The notes under the pieces: generated by a model | What the model was told of the DNA's origin: nothing | Seen by the model: only the letters and a program-made list of their open reading frames with translations | Databases searched by the model: none | Assembly (NCBI GenBank): GCA_963665665.1 | Contig: OY762428.1 | Location: forward strand, 1,472,001-1,536,000 | Reading direction: 5' to 3' | Origin: Candidatus Kapaibacterium sp. | Lineage (GTDB): Bacteria; Bacteroidota; Ignavibacteria; Kapaibacteriales; UBA2268 | DNA: 64,000 bases | In this document: positions 41,106-54,112 of the stretch, in pieces | Layout of the letters: every line of letters begins with the position of its first letter | How positions within the stretch are numbered: position 1 is the first letter of the stretch | Translations under genes and position numbers: made by a program

Positions 41106-41810
41106 TTATACGATTTTAAGAATATTAAAATTCATGTTAAAAGCATCTATTGTTAATAATTTGCCGGAAAGAATTTCTCCCAGGCCGGTTACAATTTTTA
41201 TTACTTCCATGGCCTGAATTGACCCGACAATACCGGGTAGTGGACCCAACACTCCAATCTCGTTATCATTTGACATTACGACTTCCGGATATAAGTCCCT
41301 GAATCGGGGCCCTGATAAGTAATTGAAAACTGAAACCTGTCCGGCAAATTCATTTATTGAACCATATACAAAAGGTTTATTCAATTCTGAACATATATCG
41401 TCAATCAAATATCTGGCCTGGAAATTATCAGTGCAATCAACAATAATATCAAAATTGCTAATTATTTCCGAAGCATTATTTATATCCAGTTTTTGGTTAT
41501 ATGTAAGTATTTCAATATCGGGATTGATTTTTTTTAGTTTTGATTTGGCAGTTTCTACTTTAGATTTATCAATATCTTCAGCATTATAAAGAATTTGTCT
41601 TTGCAGATTGCTGACTGAAACGATGTCATTATCAATAAGGCCTAAAAGTCCTATTCCCGAAGCTGCCAGATACATTGCAACAGGAGAACCCAAACCTCCG
41701 GCGCCTACCAAAAGCACCCTGCTTTTTTTCAGCATAATTTGTTTTTCTTCGCTGAAACCGGAAATTATCAGATGTCGTTTATATCTTCTTAATTCTTCCT
41801 TCGAAAGCAT
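41106..41810 (-). CDS. thiF: ThiF/MoeB adenylyltransferase
   Basis: VGAGGLGSP, SNLQRQ and DCTDNF; lies in the thi operon. Confidence 0.88.
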   Translation of the reverse strand: MLSKEELRRYKRHLIISGFSEEKQIMLKKSRVLLVGAGGLGSPVAMYLAASGIGLLGLIDNDIVSVSNLQRQILYNAEDIDKSKVETAKSKLKKINPDIEILTYNQKLDINNASEIISNFDIIVDCTDNFQARYLIDDICSELNKPFVYGSINEFAGQVSVFNYLSGPRFRDLYPEVVMSNDNEIGVLGPLPGIVGSIQAMEVIKIVTGLGEILSGKLLTIDAFNMNFNILKIV

Positions 41811-41819
41811 ATTGTTACC

Positions 41820-42935
41820 TTATATTTGTACACAACGGTCCCAATCTTTCCAAACTGCTTCATATCCGTTACTTTTAATCATAGCAGCAATCTCGGCAGG
41901 AGTTCTGTCATCATGAACCTCAAACTGAGCCAATGAGTCTTCTTCAGAGTTATAACCTCCGGGATTCGTTTTTGACCCGGCGCTCATGCTTGTAACGCCT
42001 AACTTCATAATGTTATTCCGGAAAGATTGTTTTTCCCTGACAGAAATTGAAAGTTCAAGGTTTTCGTCTAATAGGCGGTAAGCACAAATAAGCTGCACCA
42101 GCTCCCTGTCAGACATTACAACATTTGGAGCAAACAGCCCGGTATGAGGCCTGAGCCGGGGGAAAGAAACAGAGAATTTGGTTCTCCAGAATTTTCTTTT
42201 CAGGAAATTTAAATGAAGAGCCGTGAAAAAACTATCTGTACGCCAGTCCTCAAGTCCTATCAGAATACCAAGGCCGATCCTGTGAATTCCGGCAAAACCC
42301 AATCTTTCAGGAGTATGCAACCTGTATTCGAAGTCCTGTTTTTTTCCGTTTAGATGATACTTATTATAGTTATTCCTGTTGTAAGTTTCCTGGTAAACAT
42401 ATATACTATTCAGTCCCAGGGGAATTAATTCCTCATAATCACTCCTGTTCATTGGCTGAATTTCCATTGATATCTGTGAAAAATCATTTCTAATTATTCT
42501 TAGAACCTCTTTGAAATAATTCAGCCCGGCTTTTTTTGAAGATTCTCCGGTAACGAGAAGAATATGTTCATAACCATAGGATTTCAATATTTTCACTTCA
42601 TCCAGGATCTGCTCCATGCTCAAAACGGTTCGTTTTATTTTATTTTTTGAATTAAAACCGCAATAAACACATTGATTTTCGCAATAGTTGGAAAGATAAA
42701 GCGGGATATATAGCTGAATTGTTTTACCAAACCTTTTCAGAGTCAGTTCACGTGATAATTCTGCCATACATCCCAGAAAAGCAGATGCCGAAGGCGAAAT
42801 TAGAGCCTTAAAATCTTCGAGCCCTCTTTTGGGGTTATTCAAAGCATTTATTACGTCGTTTGGAGTTTTGGAATGAATACTTTCATTAATATCATTCCAT
42901 TTGTATTTTCCAATCTCTTCTGAAAAACTGCACAT
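41820..42935 (-). CDS. thiH: 2-iminoacetate synthase (radical SAM)
   Basis: YIPLYLSNYCENQCVYCGF, YQETY, SFPRLRP and SAGSKTNPGGY. Confidence 0.95.
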   Translation of the reverse strand: MCSFSEEIGKYKWNDINESIHSKTPNDVINALNNPKRGLEDFKALISPSASAFLGCMAELSRELTLKRFGKTIQLYIPLYLSNYCENQCVYCGFNSKNKIKRTVLSMEQILDEVKILKSYGYEHILLVTGESSKKAGLNYFKEVLRIIRNDFSQISMEIQPMNRSDYEELIPLGLNSIYVYQETYNRNNYNKYHLNGKKQDFEYRLHTPERLGFAGIHRIGLGILIGLEDWRTDSFFTALHLNFLKRKFWRTKFSVSFPRLRPHTGLFAPNVVMSDRELVQLICAYRLLDENLELSISVREKQSFRNNIMKLGVTSMSAGSKTNPGGYNSEEDSLAQFEVHDDRTPAEIAAMIKSNGYEAVWKDWDRCVQI

Positions 42936-42955
42936 GGTGTCTTATATCCGAATCA

Positions 42956-43723
42956 TTAATCTAAAAAGTCAGTTAATGGACTGCTTGCTACGGCTTTATC
43001 TGAAATTTTACCGAGTTTAGCCTCAAATGCCATCCTACCAGCTTCTACAGCCAACCTGAAAGCTGTTGCCATGCTAACCGGATCTGATGATACTGCTATT
43101 GCTGTGTTAACAAGAACGGCATCTGCTCCCAGCTCAAGAGCTTCGGCAGCATGAGAAGGGCTGCCAATACCAGCATCAACAACAACCGGCAGATTGCTCT
43201 GTTCAATAATAATTTCCAACATATCTTTTGTTTTTAGCCCTTTGTTACTGCCAATCGGAGCACCAAGTGGCATTACCGCTGCGGCGCCTGCATCTTCAAG
43301 GAGCTTGCAGAGTACCGGATCGGCCTGAATATATGGCAGAACAATGAAACCTGATTTTACAAGTTCCTTTGTTGCTTCAAGTGTTTCAATTGGATCAGGA
43401 AGGAGATATCTGGGATCAGGATGAATCTCCAGTTTTAACCAGTGTGTTTCCAATGCTTCCCTTGCAAGCTGAGCTGCGAAAACAGCTTCTTTTGCCGTTC
43501 TGACTCCTGATGTATTAGGAAGTAAATTTATTTCAGGTGACTTTAAATGTGTAAGAATATCATCATTTTCATCATTCATATCAATACGTTTAAGGGCAAC
43601 AGTAACTAACTCGGAGCCGGATACCCGGATTGCTTCACCCATTATTTTATTTGAACTGAACTTCCCGGTTCCGGTAAATAACCTGGATTGGAAAGTTTTA
43701 TCTGCGATTGTTAATTGTTCCAT
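42956..43723 (-). CDS. thiG: Thiazole synthase
   Basis: [32 protein letters not shown] and DAGIG. Confidence 0.97.
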   Translation of the reverse strand: MEQLTIADKTFQSRLFTGTGKFSSNKIMGEAIRVSGSELVTVALKRIDMNDENDDILTHLKSPEINLLPNTSGVRTAKEAVFAAQLAREALETHWLKLEIHPDPRYLLPDPIETLEATKELVKSGFIVLPYIQADPVLCKLLEDAGAAAVMPLGAPIGSNKGLKTKDMLEIIIEQSNLPVVVDAGIGSPSHAAEALELGADAVLVNTAIAVSSDPVSMATAFRLAVEAGRMAFEAKLGKISDKAVASSPLTDFLD

Positions 43724-43724
43724 A

Positions 43725-44354
43725 TTAATCTGCCAATTCGTTTAAGATAGTTTCACATTTAGCGGAATGATTAGACGCATCGGTAATAAGCGATGAGACT
43801 GCAATTCCATTAATACCGAGTCCCATTAAAGGCTTAATATCTTTAGTTTGAATACCGCCAATAGCTATAATCGGAATATTGATATTGTTTTTTATACAAT
43901 CGTTTATTATTGTTTTATATCCTTCCATTCCGAGTATAGGGCTTAATTTCTTTTTTGTTTTTGTAAACCTGAAAGGCCCAAGCCCGATATAATCAACGGC
44001 AGATAAATACAGTTTTTTTATGTCTTCAAATGTATTTGCCGTAGCACCGATTACTGCATCGTTTCCAAGTATGGCTCTTGCTTCAAGCGGATTCATATCC
44101 TCTTTTCCAAGATGAACGCCGCAATCGAATTCTTTTGCAATATCAACGTGATCGTTAATTATTAAAGTCACATTGTTTGTTAAGCATAATTTTTTTAATA
44201 TTGATGTATTCCGGCGAATTTCACTAACGGGAAAATCCTTCATTCTTAGTTGAATCCATCTACACCCGCCCCTGATCACTTCCCCGGCAAGTGGTATATG
44301 TCCTGCTATGTTTGTTGAATGTGTAATAAAATGTAATTTTTCTATATTCTTCAT
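43725..44354 (-). CDS. thiE: Thiamine-phosphate synthase
   Basis: [27 protein letters not shown] and IAIGGI. Confidence 0.92.
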   Translation of the reverse strand: MKNIEKLHFITHSTNIAGHIPLAGEVIRGGCRWIQLRMKDFPVSEIRRNTSILKKLCLTNNVTLIINDHVDIAKEFDCGVHLGKEDMNPLEARAILGNDAVIGATANTFEDIKKLYLSAVDYIGLGPFRFTKTKKKLSPILGMEGYKTIINDCIKNNINIPIIAIGGIQTKDIKPLMGLGINGIAVSSLITDASNHSAKCETILNELAD

Positions 44355-44367
44355 TTTAAATCTATCA

Positions 44368-47033
<2,666 letters not shown>

Positions 47034-47074
47034 ATTCTTTCCTTCAAATTTAACAGGGTTTATGAGCCATGGAG

Positions 47075-47153
47075 TTTATTTTCCCTACGTCGGTACTAAC
47101 CGAATCAGGTTCAAAGGGTATGATCTCAGCCAAACAGGCACCCCTGCAATAAA
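47075..47153 (-). ncRNA. TPP riboswitch
   Basis: Minus strand reads GGGGTGCCTGTTTGGCTGAGATCATACCCTTTGAACCTGATTCGGTTAGTACCGACGTAGGGA, matching the TPP consensus, directly upstream of thiS. Confidence 0.95.
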
Positions 47154-47231
47154 ATTAAATTTTTACAACAGCAAAATTATGAAAATTACTATTAATGTGC
47201 AAACCTGATCATTCCGGGCGAACATTGTATC

Positions 47232-47368
47232 GCACAAATTTGACAAATATATTCTTTGAGAATAATTTCTGATCAAAATGCAAAAACCCGCTACAGTTCT
47301 ACCTATAGCGGGTTTTTATTTTCGAGCCAACATGCGGACTTGAACCGCAGACCTGCTCATTACGAATG
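47232..47368. repeat. att direct repeat, left copy (tRNA-Thr 3' half plus terminator and downstream flank)
   Basis: 137 bp matching 63739-63875 with 5 mismatches by manual comparison. Identity stops just past the anticodon loop. Confidence 0.93.
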
Positions 47369-47414
47369 TTGACGTTATTGCCGTATTTTAACAAATATAG
47401 GCGTTTTTGATAAA

Positions 47415-47455
47415 GTTCTAATAATTGTTCTAATAACGATAACTTTCATTAGAAC
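47415..47455. promoter_or_regulatory. Putative integrase arm-type sites, left end
   Basis: GTTCTAATAA at 47415 and 47427, plus an inverted ATTAGAAC at 47448. The same tandem occurs at 63693 and 63705. Confidence 0.7.
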
Positions 47456-47541
47456 TGCATGATAACAATTTTGGTTCAAATAATGATTTTTCATAAATTA
47501 TAAAGTAGACAACTATTCAAAATCAATCATTGAGGTTCCAA

Positions 47542-48208
47542 ATGAGTTACTATTTTACCGATCCTACAAATATGATAGAATACGAAATTTCATTAACATC
47601 ATTATCTAATTATCCAAGTTTGAGAATTCAGGATTTAGATAAAGATTTAAAACAATATTCTAATCCTGAAGAAAAAAATATTCTGGTACAAAAAGTACAA
47701 AAAAATATATGATGAAGCAAACATTATAAATGAGTCTATAATTGCGAACATGCCCAGTCAAATTGATGTCGAATTTTATAATTGCTTAATAAAACAAATT
47801 AAAGACATTATTAACTTAATAATTTATAAAATAGATGCCTTAGAAGAATATAGTTCATCAGTGAATAAACCAGCAAAGAATACAGGAAGCAAAGCTAAAG
47901 CCCCATTGAAGAATAGAGCTTATTTCATGTATCGTTTACTGATTTATATGAATATGAAAACAACCATACCTAAAACAAAAATTTACGATTTGATGGCTTA
48001 TGCTACCGGTACACATCCAAGTTATATGAAAGACGTTTTACTACCAATTATTAGATATTTTGAACAGATAAGCAGTGAAAACCCCTATGAAAAGAATCCA
48101 ATTCAATATTTAACCAGGGAAGATATTGAAGAAATGCTTGATTTACTCATCGGAATTGGTAAGGACGATATTGCTGAGTTTTTTAGAGATGATTTAGAAA
48201 TTATTTAA
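47542..48208 (+). pseudogene. Island hypothetical gene split by a frameshift
   Basis: ORFs 47530-47712 and 47750-48208 join across an A7 run at 47699-47705. The downstream frame is open through IYDEANIINESIIANMPS. Confidence 0.55.
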
Positions 48209-48505
48209 AAAAAGAGAAAAAAGAATTAAAGTGAAGTACTCCAGTCATACTCCACGGAATTTATTTTTGTTCCCAGAATGAAATTGTAAAATAATTATCT
48301 GGGAATTTTTATGGGAATCCGAAGCAATCAAACTCAAAAATTTGATAAAGATCATCGTCAGATAGCCTTAATAAATCTTGCCCTCACATTCAGGATTTTT
48401 ACTGCTCCGACAAAGATCAAAATCTTGCTCCGTACGGGAGTTGTATATTTGTGTACATTCATTGAAGAATCGAATCAATTCACCTTTTGGGCGCATAAGT
48501 TAATT

Positions 48506-48546
48506 CCAGATTTGTCATTAGGATGATTTTCTAATGACAAATCTGG
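48506..48546. repeat. Perfect 16-bp inverted repeat
   Basis: CCAGATTTGTCATTAG-9 nt-CTAATGACAAATCTGG. Confidence 0.8.
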
Positions 48547-48682
48547 GTTAATACCAATTTGCGAAACATTTATTACTTATTAAATGCACAATAGTATTTT
48601 TCTTGAAACATATTTTTCGCTTATCAAATTAGCTTTTCAAAATATGACAATCTTATTTCTTCAATAACTATAGGAAAACAAA

Positions 48683-48985
48683 ATGACCACACGGCATAAT
48701 TTGGAAGAAAATGGCTATCAATTGCCACATATCATTGATCTAACTCGTAAAGATGTACGTTCTATCAGGCAAAGAGCAGGATTTACACAAAAGGATATTG
48801 CAAGGATATGGGGTCTTAAATACGGCAATTCTTATTCCAGCTATGAAAACAACAAAAAACGTAAACATGAGCTGATCCCTATTAAACGTGTAAGACTATT
48901 GATCGAAGCGATTAACAACGAATATGGCGAAGGAATATTCGAAGTTATGTACAGAGAACTTCAGAAAAGGAAAAAGTCCGGTTAA
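48683..48985 (+). CDS. XRE-like HTH DNA-binding protein
   Basis: IRQRAGFTQKDIARIWG...YSSYEN. Confidence 0.7.
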   Translation: MTTRHNLEENGYQLPHIIDLTRKDVRSIRQRAGFTQKDIARIWGLKYGNSYSSYENNKKRKHELIPIKRVRLLIEAINNEYGEGIFEVMYRELQKRKKSG

Positions 48986-49006
48986 TCCAGTTTTTTATAT
49001 CCGCTT

Positions 49007-49043
49007 CCGGGACAGCTGCTGAAAGGTGGCTGTCCCGGCTTTA
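49007..49043 (+). terminator. GC-rich hairpin terminator after the HTH gene
   Basis: CCGGGACAGCTGCT-GAAA-GGTGGCTGTCCCGG followed by CTTT. Confidence 0.65.
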
Positions 49044-49149
49044 TAAAAATTGTTCTGCATAACTTTACGACTTTCAAATGATGATTGTATGCTTACCAAA
49101 AACAGCCGGACTCATTGAATCCGGCTGTGATATTGAAAAAGAATAATGT

Positions 49150-51480
49150 TTATTTATTTAGGATGAGCCTGCAAGATTTTGTGAAGCTCTCTGAGGAGAT
49201 TCTGAATATGTAAACACCGCTGTTAAGACTGCTGCCATCAACTTCGAAGTTATGGAAGCCATTACCAATATTACCTGAGTATATATTTTTGACTACTTTG
49301 CCGTTAATATCGCAAAGTTCTATTTCTACATTCATATCTTCCGGCAGGTTAACACCAATGTTTGTTTTGCTGTCAAACGGATTTGGATATGCCAGGCTGA
49401 GCATTACATCGCCCGGGGCAGCATCCTCGAATTCATATACTTTCCAGTCGCCGTAAGATATTTTTCCGGAGGCTGGAGCAGGATATGTCACTGTTCCGAG
49501 CCTGTAACGGTCGGAGAGGAAATCGTACACTTCCTGTCCGGTTGCCTGGTCAAAAGCGCTGTTGTAGAGAATTACGTCGCCGATAGCCCCGTTGAAAGTA
49601 CATGAGTAAGTTTCGCCTGTGTTGTAGTCGTGGAAACATGTTCTTGCAGCTCCGCCTACGCCTGTATGGTCTTCGCCGTCTTTCGATATACCTGCAAACG
49701 GAATCTGATCTGATTGCACAAGCATATCGCCACCCGACTTACTGACAGTAGCCTGAAAATCGGTTCCGTCATACTCAAGCTGGGCAATATAAACGGAATT
49801 GACATCGAGAGGATAAATGCTGTTATCCATCGGCGGATCATAAACCATGAATTTTTGCTGGAAGCGATTCCACATGCCGAATGCCAGCTTGCCGTTGATA
49901 ATATAGATATTATATCCCGAAAGCGGCCCGCCTGCTTCGAATATCACCTGCCTGCCATCGGAATAATATGGTTCCGGGTCGCCATCAGCATCAACAGAAC
50001 TGCCCGTTTTGAACACGACAATAAGCGTTTTCGGGCTGTTGTCAGGAGACCACTGGTCTTCAGTGGCAGTTGTAATTTCCGCGTTGTATGGGCTTGTCAT
50101 GATGTCTGAATTTGCGTAGCCGGATGAAGAATAATCATTGGCAAACTCAATTCCGGTTATACCGACGCCGAATTTATCTGCTACCTGCTTGGGCTGCTTA
50201 TTCTCATCAGTTTGTGTTGCATTTTCTTTCGGGAATGTAACATCCGTCCATACATCAAAGAAACTATCAGGTGCAATCGGGCTATCTTTTTCACCGTCAG
50301 CGTCTTTATCCTGGCCATTGAGCCAAAGGACGAGATCTGACATATTGGGACTATTAACTGTATTTACATTTAATAAAGCTAACGAATACTCTTTTCCGCC
50401 TGCAACTAATGCCCAGTTTGTTCTGCTATCTAATTGCACAAAGCTGCTTTTCGCAGTTTTATTTCCTATACCCAACTGTCCATAATTATTCGTGCCACAG
50501 GACCATAGTGTTCCGTCGTTTTTGATTGCCAGGGTGTGATAAGCGCCACATGATACCAACTTCCAGCTGGATTCGCTGCTTACATGCAAAGGGCTGCTTT
50601 GATTAGCTGTCGATCCTATGCCAAGCTGGCCAATACCATTGTAACCCCAGGCCCACATCGTCCCGTCGGTCTGGATTGCTAAAGTGTGATAATCGCCACA
50701 TGATACCAACTTCCAGTTTGTACCACTTCCTACCTGCACAGGGTTGCTTTGATCAGATGTTGATCCAATACCAAGTTCGCCATAATAATTATTGCCCCAG
50801 GCCCATAATGTCCCGTCGGTCTGAATTGCTAAAGTGTGATAAGCGCCACATGATACCGATTTCCAGTTTGTACTGCTTCCCACCTGTACAGGGCTACTTT
50901 GATTATCTGTCGATCCTATGCCAAGTTGTCCATAATTATTATAGCCCCAGGACCATAATGTCCCGTCGGTCTTGATTGCTAATGTGTGATATTTACCACA
51001 TGATACCGACTTCCAGTTTGTAGCGCTTCCCACTTTTACAGGGCTACTTTGATTAGTAGTACCTCCTATGCCCAGTAGTCCCAATCCATTACCATCGTAT
51101 CCCCAAGCCCACATCGTTCCGTCGGTCTTGATTGCTAAAGTGTGATAAGCGCCGCATGATACCGACTTCCAGTTTGTACCGCTTCCCACTTTTACAGGGC
51201 TACTTTGATTAGTAGTACTTCCTATGCCCAGCTGGCCATAACTGTTATAGCCCCAAGACCATAGAGTTCCATCGTCCTTTAGTGCCAGTGTGTGATAAGC
51301 CCCGCACGAAACCGAAGCAAACTCGCCCAAAACAGGTACAGGAGCTAATTTATCTGTTGTCGTACCGTCGCCTAACTGACCGTGCTCATTTTTTCCCCAG
51401 CCATACAATTCCTGTTGGGCAAGGGTGGTAAATGCGCTGATAAAAATTAAAATTACGATACTTAGTAATAACCTTTTCAT
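49150..51480 (-). CDS. T9SS-secreted RCC1-repeat beta-propeller protein with a LamG-like domain
   Basis: Likely start MKRLL at 51480 with a signal peptide. About six ~50-aa WKSVSCGAYHTLAIKTDGTLWxWGYNxYGQLG repeats. CTD AYPNPF...LNSGVYIFRI. Confidence 0.88.
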   Translation of the reverse strand: MKRLLLSIVILIFISAFTTLAQQELYGWGKNEHGQLGDGTTTDKLAPVPVLGEFASVSCGAYHTLALKDDGTLWSWGYNSYGQLGIGSTTNQSSPVKVGSGTNWKSVSCGAYHTLAIKTDGTMWAWGYDGNGLGLLGIGGTTNQSSPVKVGSATNWKSVSCGKYHTLAIKTDGTLWSWGYNNYGQLGIGSTDNQSSPVQVGSSTNWKSVSCGAYHTLAIQTDGTLWAWGNNYYGELGIGSTSDQSNPVQVGSGTNWKLVSCGDYHTLAIQTDGTMWAWGYNGIGQLGIGSTANQSSPLHVSSESSWKLVSCGAYHTLAIKNDGTLWSCGTNNYGQLGIGNKTAKSSFVQLDSRTNWALVAGGKEYSLALLNVNTVNSPNMSDLVLWLNGQDKDADGEKDSPIAPDSFFDVWTDVTFPKENATQTDENKQPKQVADKFGVGITGIEFANDYSSSGYANSDIMTSPYNAEITTATEDQWSPDNSPKTLIVVFKTGSSVDADGDPEPYYSDGRQVIFEAGGPLSGYNIYIINGKLAFGMWNRFQQKFMVYDPPMDNSIYPLDVNSVYIAQLEYDGTDFQATVSKSGGDMLVQSDQIPFAGISKDGEDHTGVGGAARTCFHDYNTGETYSCTFNGAIGDVILYNSAFDQATGQEVYDFLSDRYRLGTVTYPAPASGKISYGDWKVYEFEDAAPGDVMLSLAYPNPFDSKTNIGVNLPEDMNVEIELCDINGKVVKNIYSGNIGNGFHNFEVDGSSLNSGVYIFRISSESFTKSCRLILNK

Positions 51481-51940
51481 GTTAGCCTCATTATAAATAT
51501 TGAAGTAAATCGATAATAATATTAACCGGCAAAATGATATAAACTTTAAAATCCCTTGATTCAATTTTTCATGTTTTATAAAATATTTCTAAGCAAGTAT
51601 CCATAATATTTTTAACTTATGCAAGCATTTGCCTCCAAAATACCTACAACTACGTAGCAAAATCAGTATTTCATGGTATGCTGTTTCTACGTATTTATTG
51701 GTATATACAGCGATAAATTTTGGAGATATGGATATTTTAAAAAACAGATAATCTTTACAGGAAGACTAAGCTAAAATTCTTCTTCATCCCCTTGCCTTTC
51801 TCCAAAAAATTTGCGATATTGGAAATTGAATGCTCGCGGGGGAGTATTCCGGTTATGGCAGAGCGAAGGGTAGTAAAAATTTAAGTAAAGCAGCAGTCAT
51901 TTGACTGGTGTTTTTGTTGGTTTGAATTTATGAGGCTGAT

Positions 51941-52132
51941 ATGAATGTTCCGGATACAGATATTAATCTTGTCGAAGAATTCGGCCAGATCGCCTATAAG
52001 CTCTACAACCTGACTTACGATGAATGCAAAACCGTTGACCCGGAATTCGATGCCGCCCTTACCCTTGCAGGCCTCAACAAAGAAGACTACTAAAGAATGA
52101 GTATTGAAGAACAGGCGGAACTGGAGGAGTAA
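51941..52132 (+). pseudogene. C-terminal relic of a type IIG (Eco57I/TaqI-C-like) restriction-modification gene
   Basis: Unlisted frame reads ...EEFGQIAYKLYNLTYDECKTVDPEF...KEDY*RMSIEEQAELEE*, resembling the ID.LVY.LY.LT.EE tail of these enzymes. Confidence 0.6.
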
Positions 52133-52190
52133 AAAAGTTGCAATATAAACTATATAATGAAAACAAAAGAAGTAATTCAAAGAAAGATAG

Positions 52191-53183
52191 ATGAAAAAAG
52201 AAAATAAACAATCGGCATTTATTTTGTTCAAAACAGAAGATCAAAAAATATCGGTAGATGTACGCTTTGAAGAAGAAACAGTATGGTTATCGCAAGAACA
52301 GATGGCTGCTTTGTTTGAACGGGACAGAAGCGTTATTACAAAGCATATTGCTAAAATATTTTTGGAAGGTGAATTGGAAGAAGAAAGCAATGTGCAATTT
52401 TTGCACATTGCAAATTCAGATAAACCGGTAAAGTTTTACAACCTGAATGTAATTATTTCTGTGGGTTACAGGGTGAAATCTCTCAGAGGTACCCAGTTCC
52501 GTATTTGGGCAACCCAGCGGCTGAACGAATATATCCGCAAAGGTTTTACAATGGATGATGAGCGTCTCAAAAATTTGGGCGGCGGCAGCTATTGGAAAGA
52601 ATTATTGCAGCGCATACGCGACATTCGCGCTTCCGAGAAAGTGTTTTACCGTCAGGTTCTGGATATTTACGCAACAAGTATTGATTACGATCCCAAAGCG
52701 GATGTTTCGATCACATTTTTTAAAAAAGTACAAAACAAAATTCATTATGCGGTACACGGCCAAACTGCAGCCGAAGTTATTTTTAACCGTGCCGATGCTG
52801 AAAAGGACTTTATGGGTTTGATGACATTCCCGGGCAATCGTCCCTATTTAAAAGATGTTGTTATAGCAAAAAAATATTTAGACGAAAAAGAACTTCGCTC
52901 TCTTGGTCAAATAGTATCGGGGTATTTGGATTTTGCCGAACGTCAGGCCGAACGTGAGCAAGCAATGACTATGAATGATTGGTCTGAACATCTGGACAGA
53001 ATTCTAATAATGAGCGGAGAAGAACTGTTGAAGGGCGCAGGTAAAATCAGTCATAACGAAGCTGTTGAAAAGGCTACAACAGAATATAGGAAGTATCAGC
53101 AAAAAACGCTCAGCGAAGTAGAAAAAAATTATTTGGATAGTTTGAAAATGTTAGAAACCCAATCCAATAAGAAAAAGAAATGA
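52191..53183 (+). CDS. RhuM-family protein
   Basis: ETVWLSQEQMAALF, YNLNVIISVGYRVKS, TQFRIWAT, IRDIRASEK and VQNKIHYA. Confidence 0.9.
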   Translation: MKKENKQSAFILFKTEDQKISVDVRFEEETVWLSQEQMAALFERDRSVITKHIAKIFLEGELEEESNVQFLHIANSDKPVKFYNLNVIISVGYRVKSLRGTQFRIWATQRLNEYIRKGFTMDDERLKNLGGGSYWKELLQRIRDIRASEKVFYRQVLDIYATSIDYDPKADVSITFFKKVQNKIHYAVHGQTAAEVIFNRADAEKDFMGLMTFPGNRPYLKDVVIAKKYLDEKELRSLGQIVSGYLDFAERQAEREQAMTMNDWSEHLDRILIMSGEELLKGAGKISHNEAVEKATTEYRKYQQKTLSEVEKNYLDSLKMLETQSNKKKK

Positions 53184-53276
53184 GTATTGAAGAACCGGCG
53201 GGGCTTCGGCTTTAGAATTTTCAATTCATAATTTGTAATTTATAAACTTATAGATTTTTAAACTTATTGAATTAGA

Positions 53277-53657
53277 ATGGCTAAGGAATATAAATACGAT
53301 CTGGAAGAAAGAACGGCTCTTTTCGGAGAGCAGGTAATTGCCTTTTCCCGGTCCATAAAATTGGATATAATTTCGAAGCCATTAGTATCCCAAATTGTAC
53401 GTTCAGCCACGAGTATTGGAGCAAACTATATGGAAGCCAACGGAGCTTCCTCAAAAAAGGATTTCAGAAATAAAATTTATATTGCCAAAAAGGAAGCGAA
53501 AGAAACACAACATTGGCTTCGTATGATAAGCAAAGCATGTCCCGAAAAAGCAGATGAAGCAAGAAAAATCTGGAAGGAATGTAAAGAAATAGTCTTGATA
53601 TTTCAATCAATTTGTAATAAAATAAACAGAGAAGAGAAAACTTCAGACGGTGTCTGA
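53277..53657 (+). CDS. Four-helix-bundle protein (23S rRNA-IVP/bAvd-like)
   Basis: QIVRSATSIGANYMEA, SKKDF and KEAKETQHWL. Confidence 0.88.
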   Translation: MAKEYKYDLEERTALFGEQVIAFSRSIKLDIISKPLVSQIVRSATSIGANYMEANGASSKKDFRNKIYIAKKEAKETQHWLRMISKACPEKADEARKIWKECKEIVLIFQSICNKINREEKTSDGV

Positions 53658-53719
53658 AAAATTTCAATTCTCCTAAATTATTTAAAAATTAAGAACTAAA
53701 AATTAAAATTTGAGTAAAT

Positions 53720-54094
53720 ATGGAATTTAAGCAATTACCGGATTTGATAAATATTTTGCAGGAAACTGCTCAAAACAAGGCATTGCAAAGTGTGAACAGA
53801 ATGCTTACAATTCGCAACTAGCTTATCGGTTACTACATCGTCGAATATGAACAGAACGGCGAGGACAGGGCGGAATATGGAGCCCGGCTGCTTGAAAAAT
53901 TAGCTGTCGAACTAAAGAAGAAGAAACTAAAGGGAATGTCAAAAACTAATTTAAAGCAGTTCAGAACATTTTTCCTTATTTATCCGCAAATAGGTCAGAC
54001 AGTGTCTGACGAATTTAAAAAAATCAGCAGACAGCGTCTGATAAATAAACGGAGCTGGAGGTGTGCTAAAGTGAAAATTAAGACAATAAAATAA
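53720..54094 (+). pseudogene. YhcG/DUF1016 N-terminal fragment with a premature stop
   Basis: ...VNRMLTIRN*LIGYYIVEYEQNGEDRAEYG...MSKTNLKQFRTFF. The TAG at 53819-53821 replaces a normally conserved Trp, and the nuclease domain is missing. Confidence 0.8.
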
Positions 54095-54112
54095 ACTTAT
54101 AAGTTGATTATT

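Noticed and set aside
41820-42935. Radical SAM enzyme as the peptide maturase
   Set aside because: It is clearly ThiH within the thiamine operon, with no SPASM or RRE domain.
47325-47368. Second tRNA gene
   Set aside because: Only the 3' 44 nt are present. This is the att duplication.
50400-51340. CRISPR array
   Set aside because: The repeats are in-frame coding RCC1 units without unique spacers, and there are no cas genes.
53277-53657. bAvd-like gene as a sign of a diversity-generating retroelement
   Set aside because: There is no reverse transcriptase and no TR/VR pair with adenine-specific mismatches in the window. Solo four-helix-bundle genes are common.
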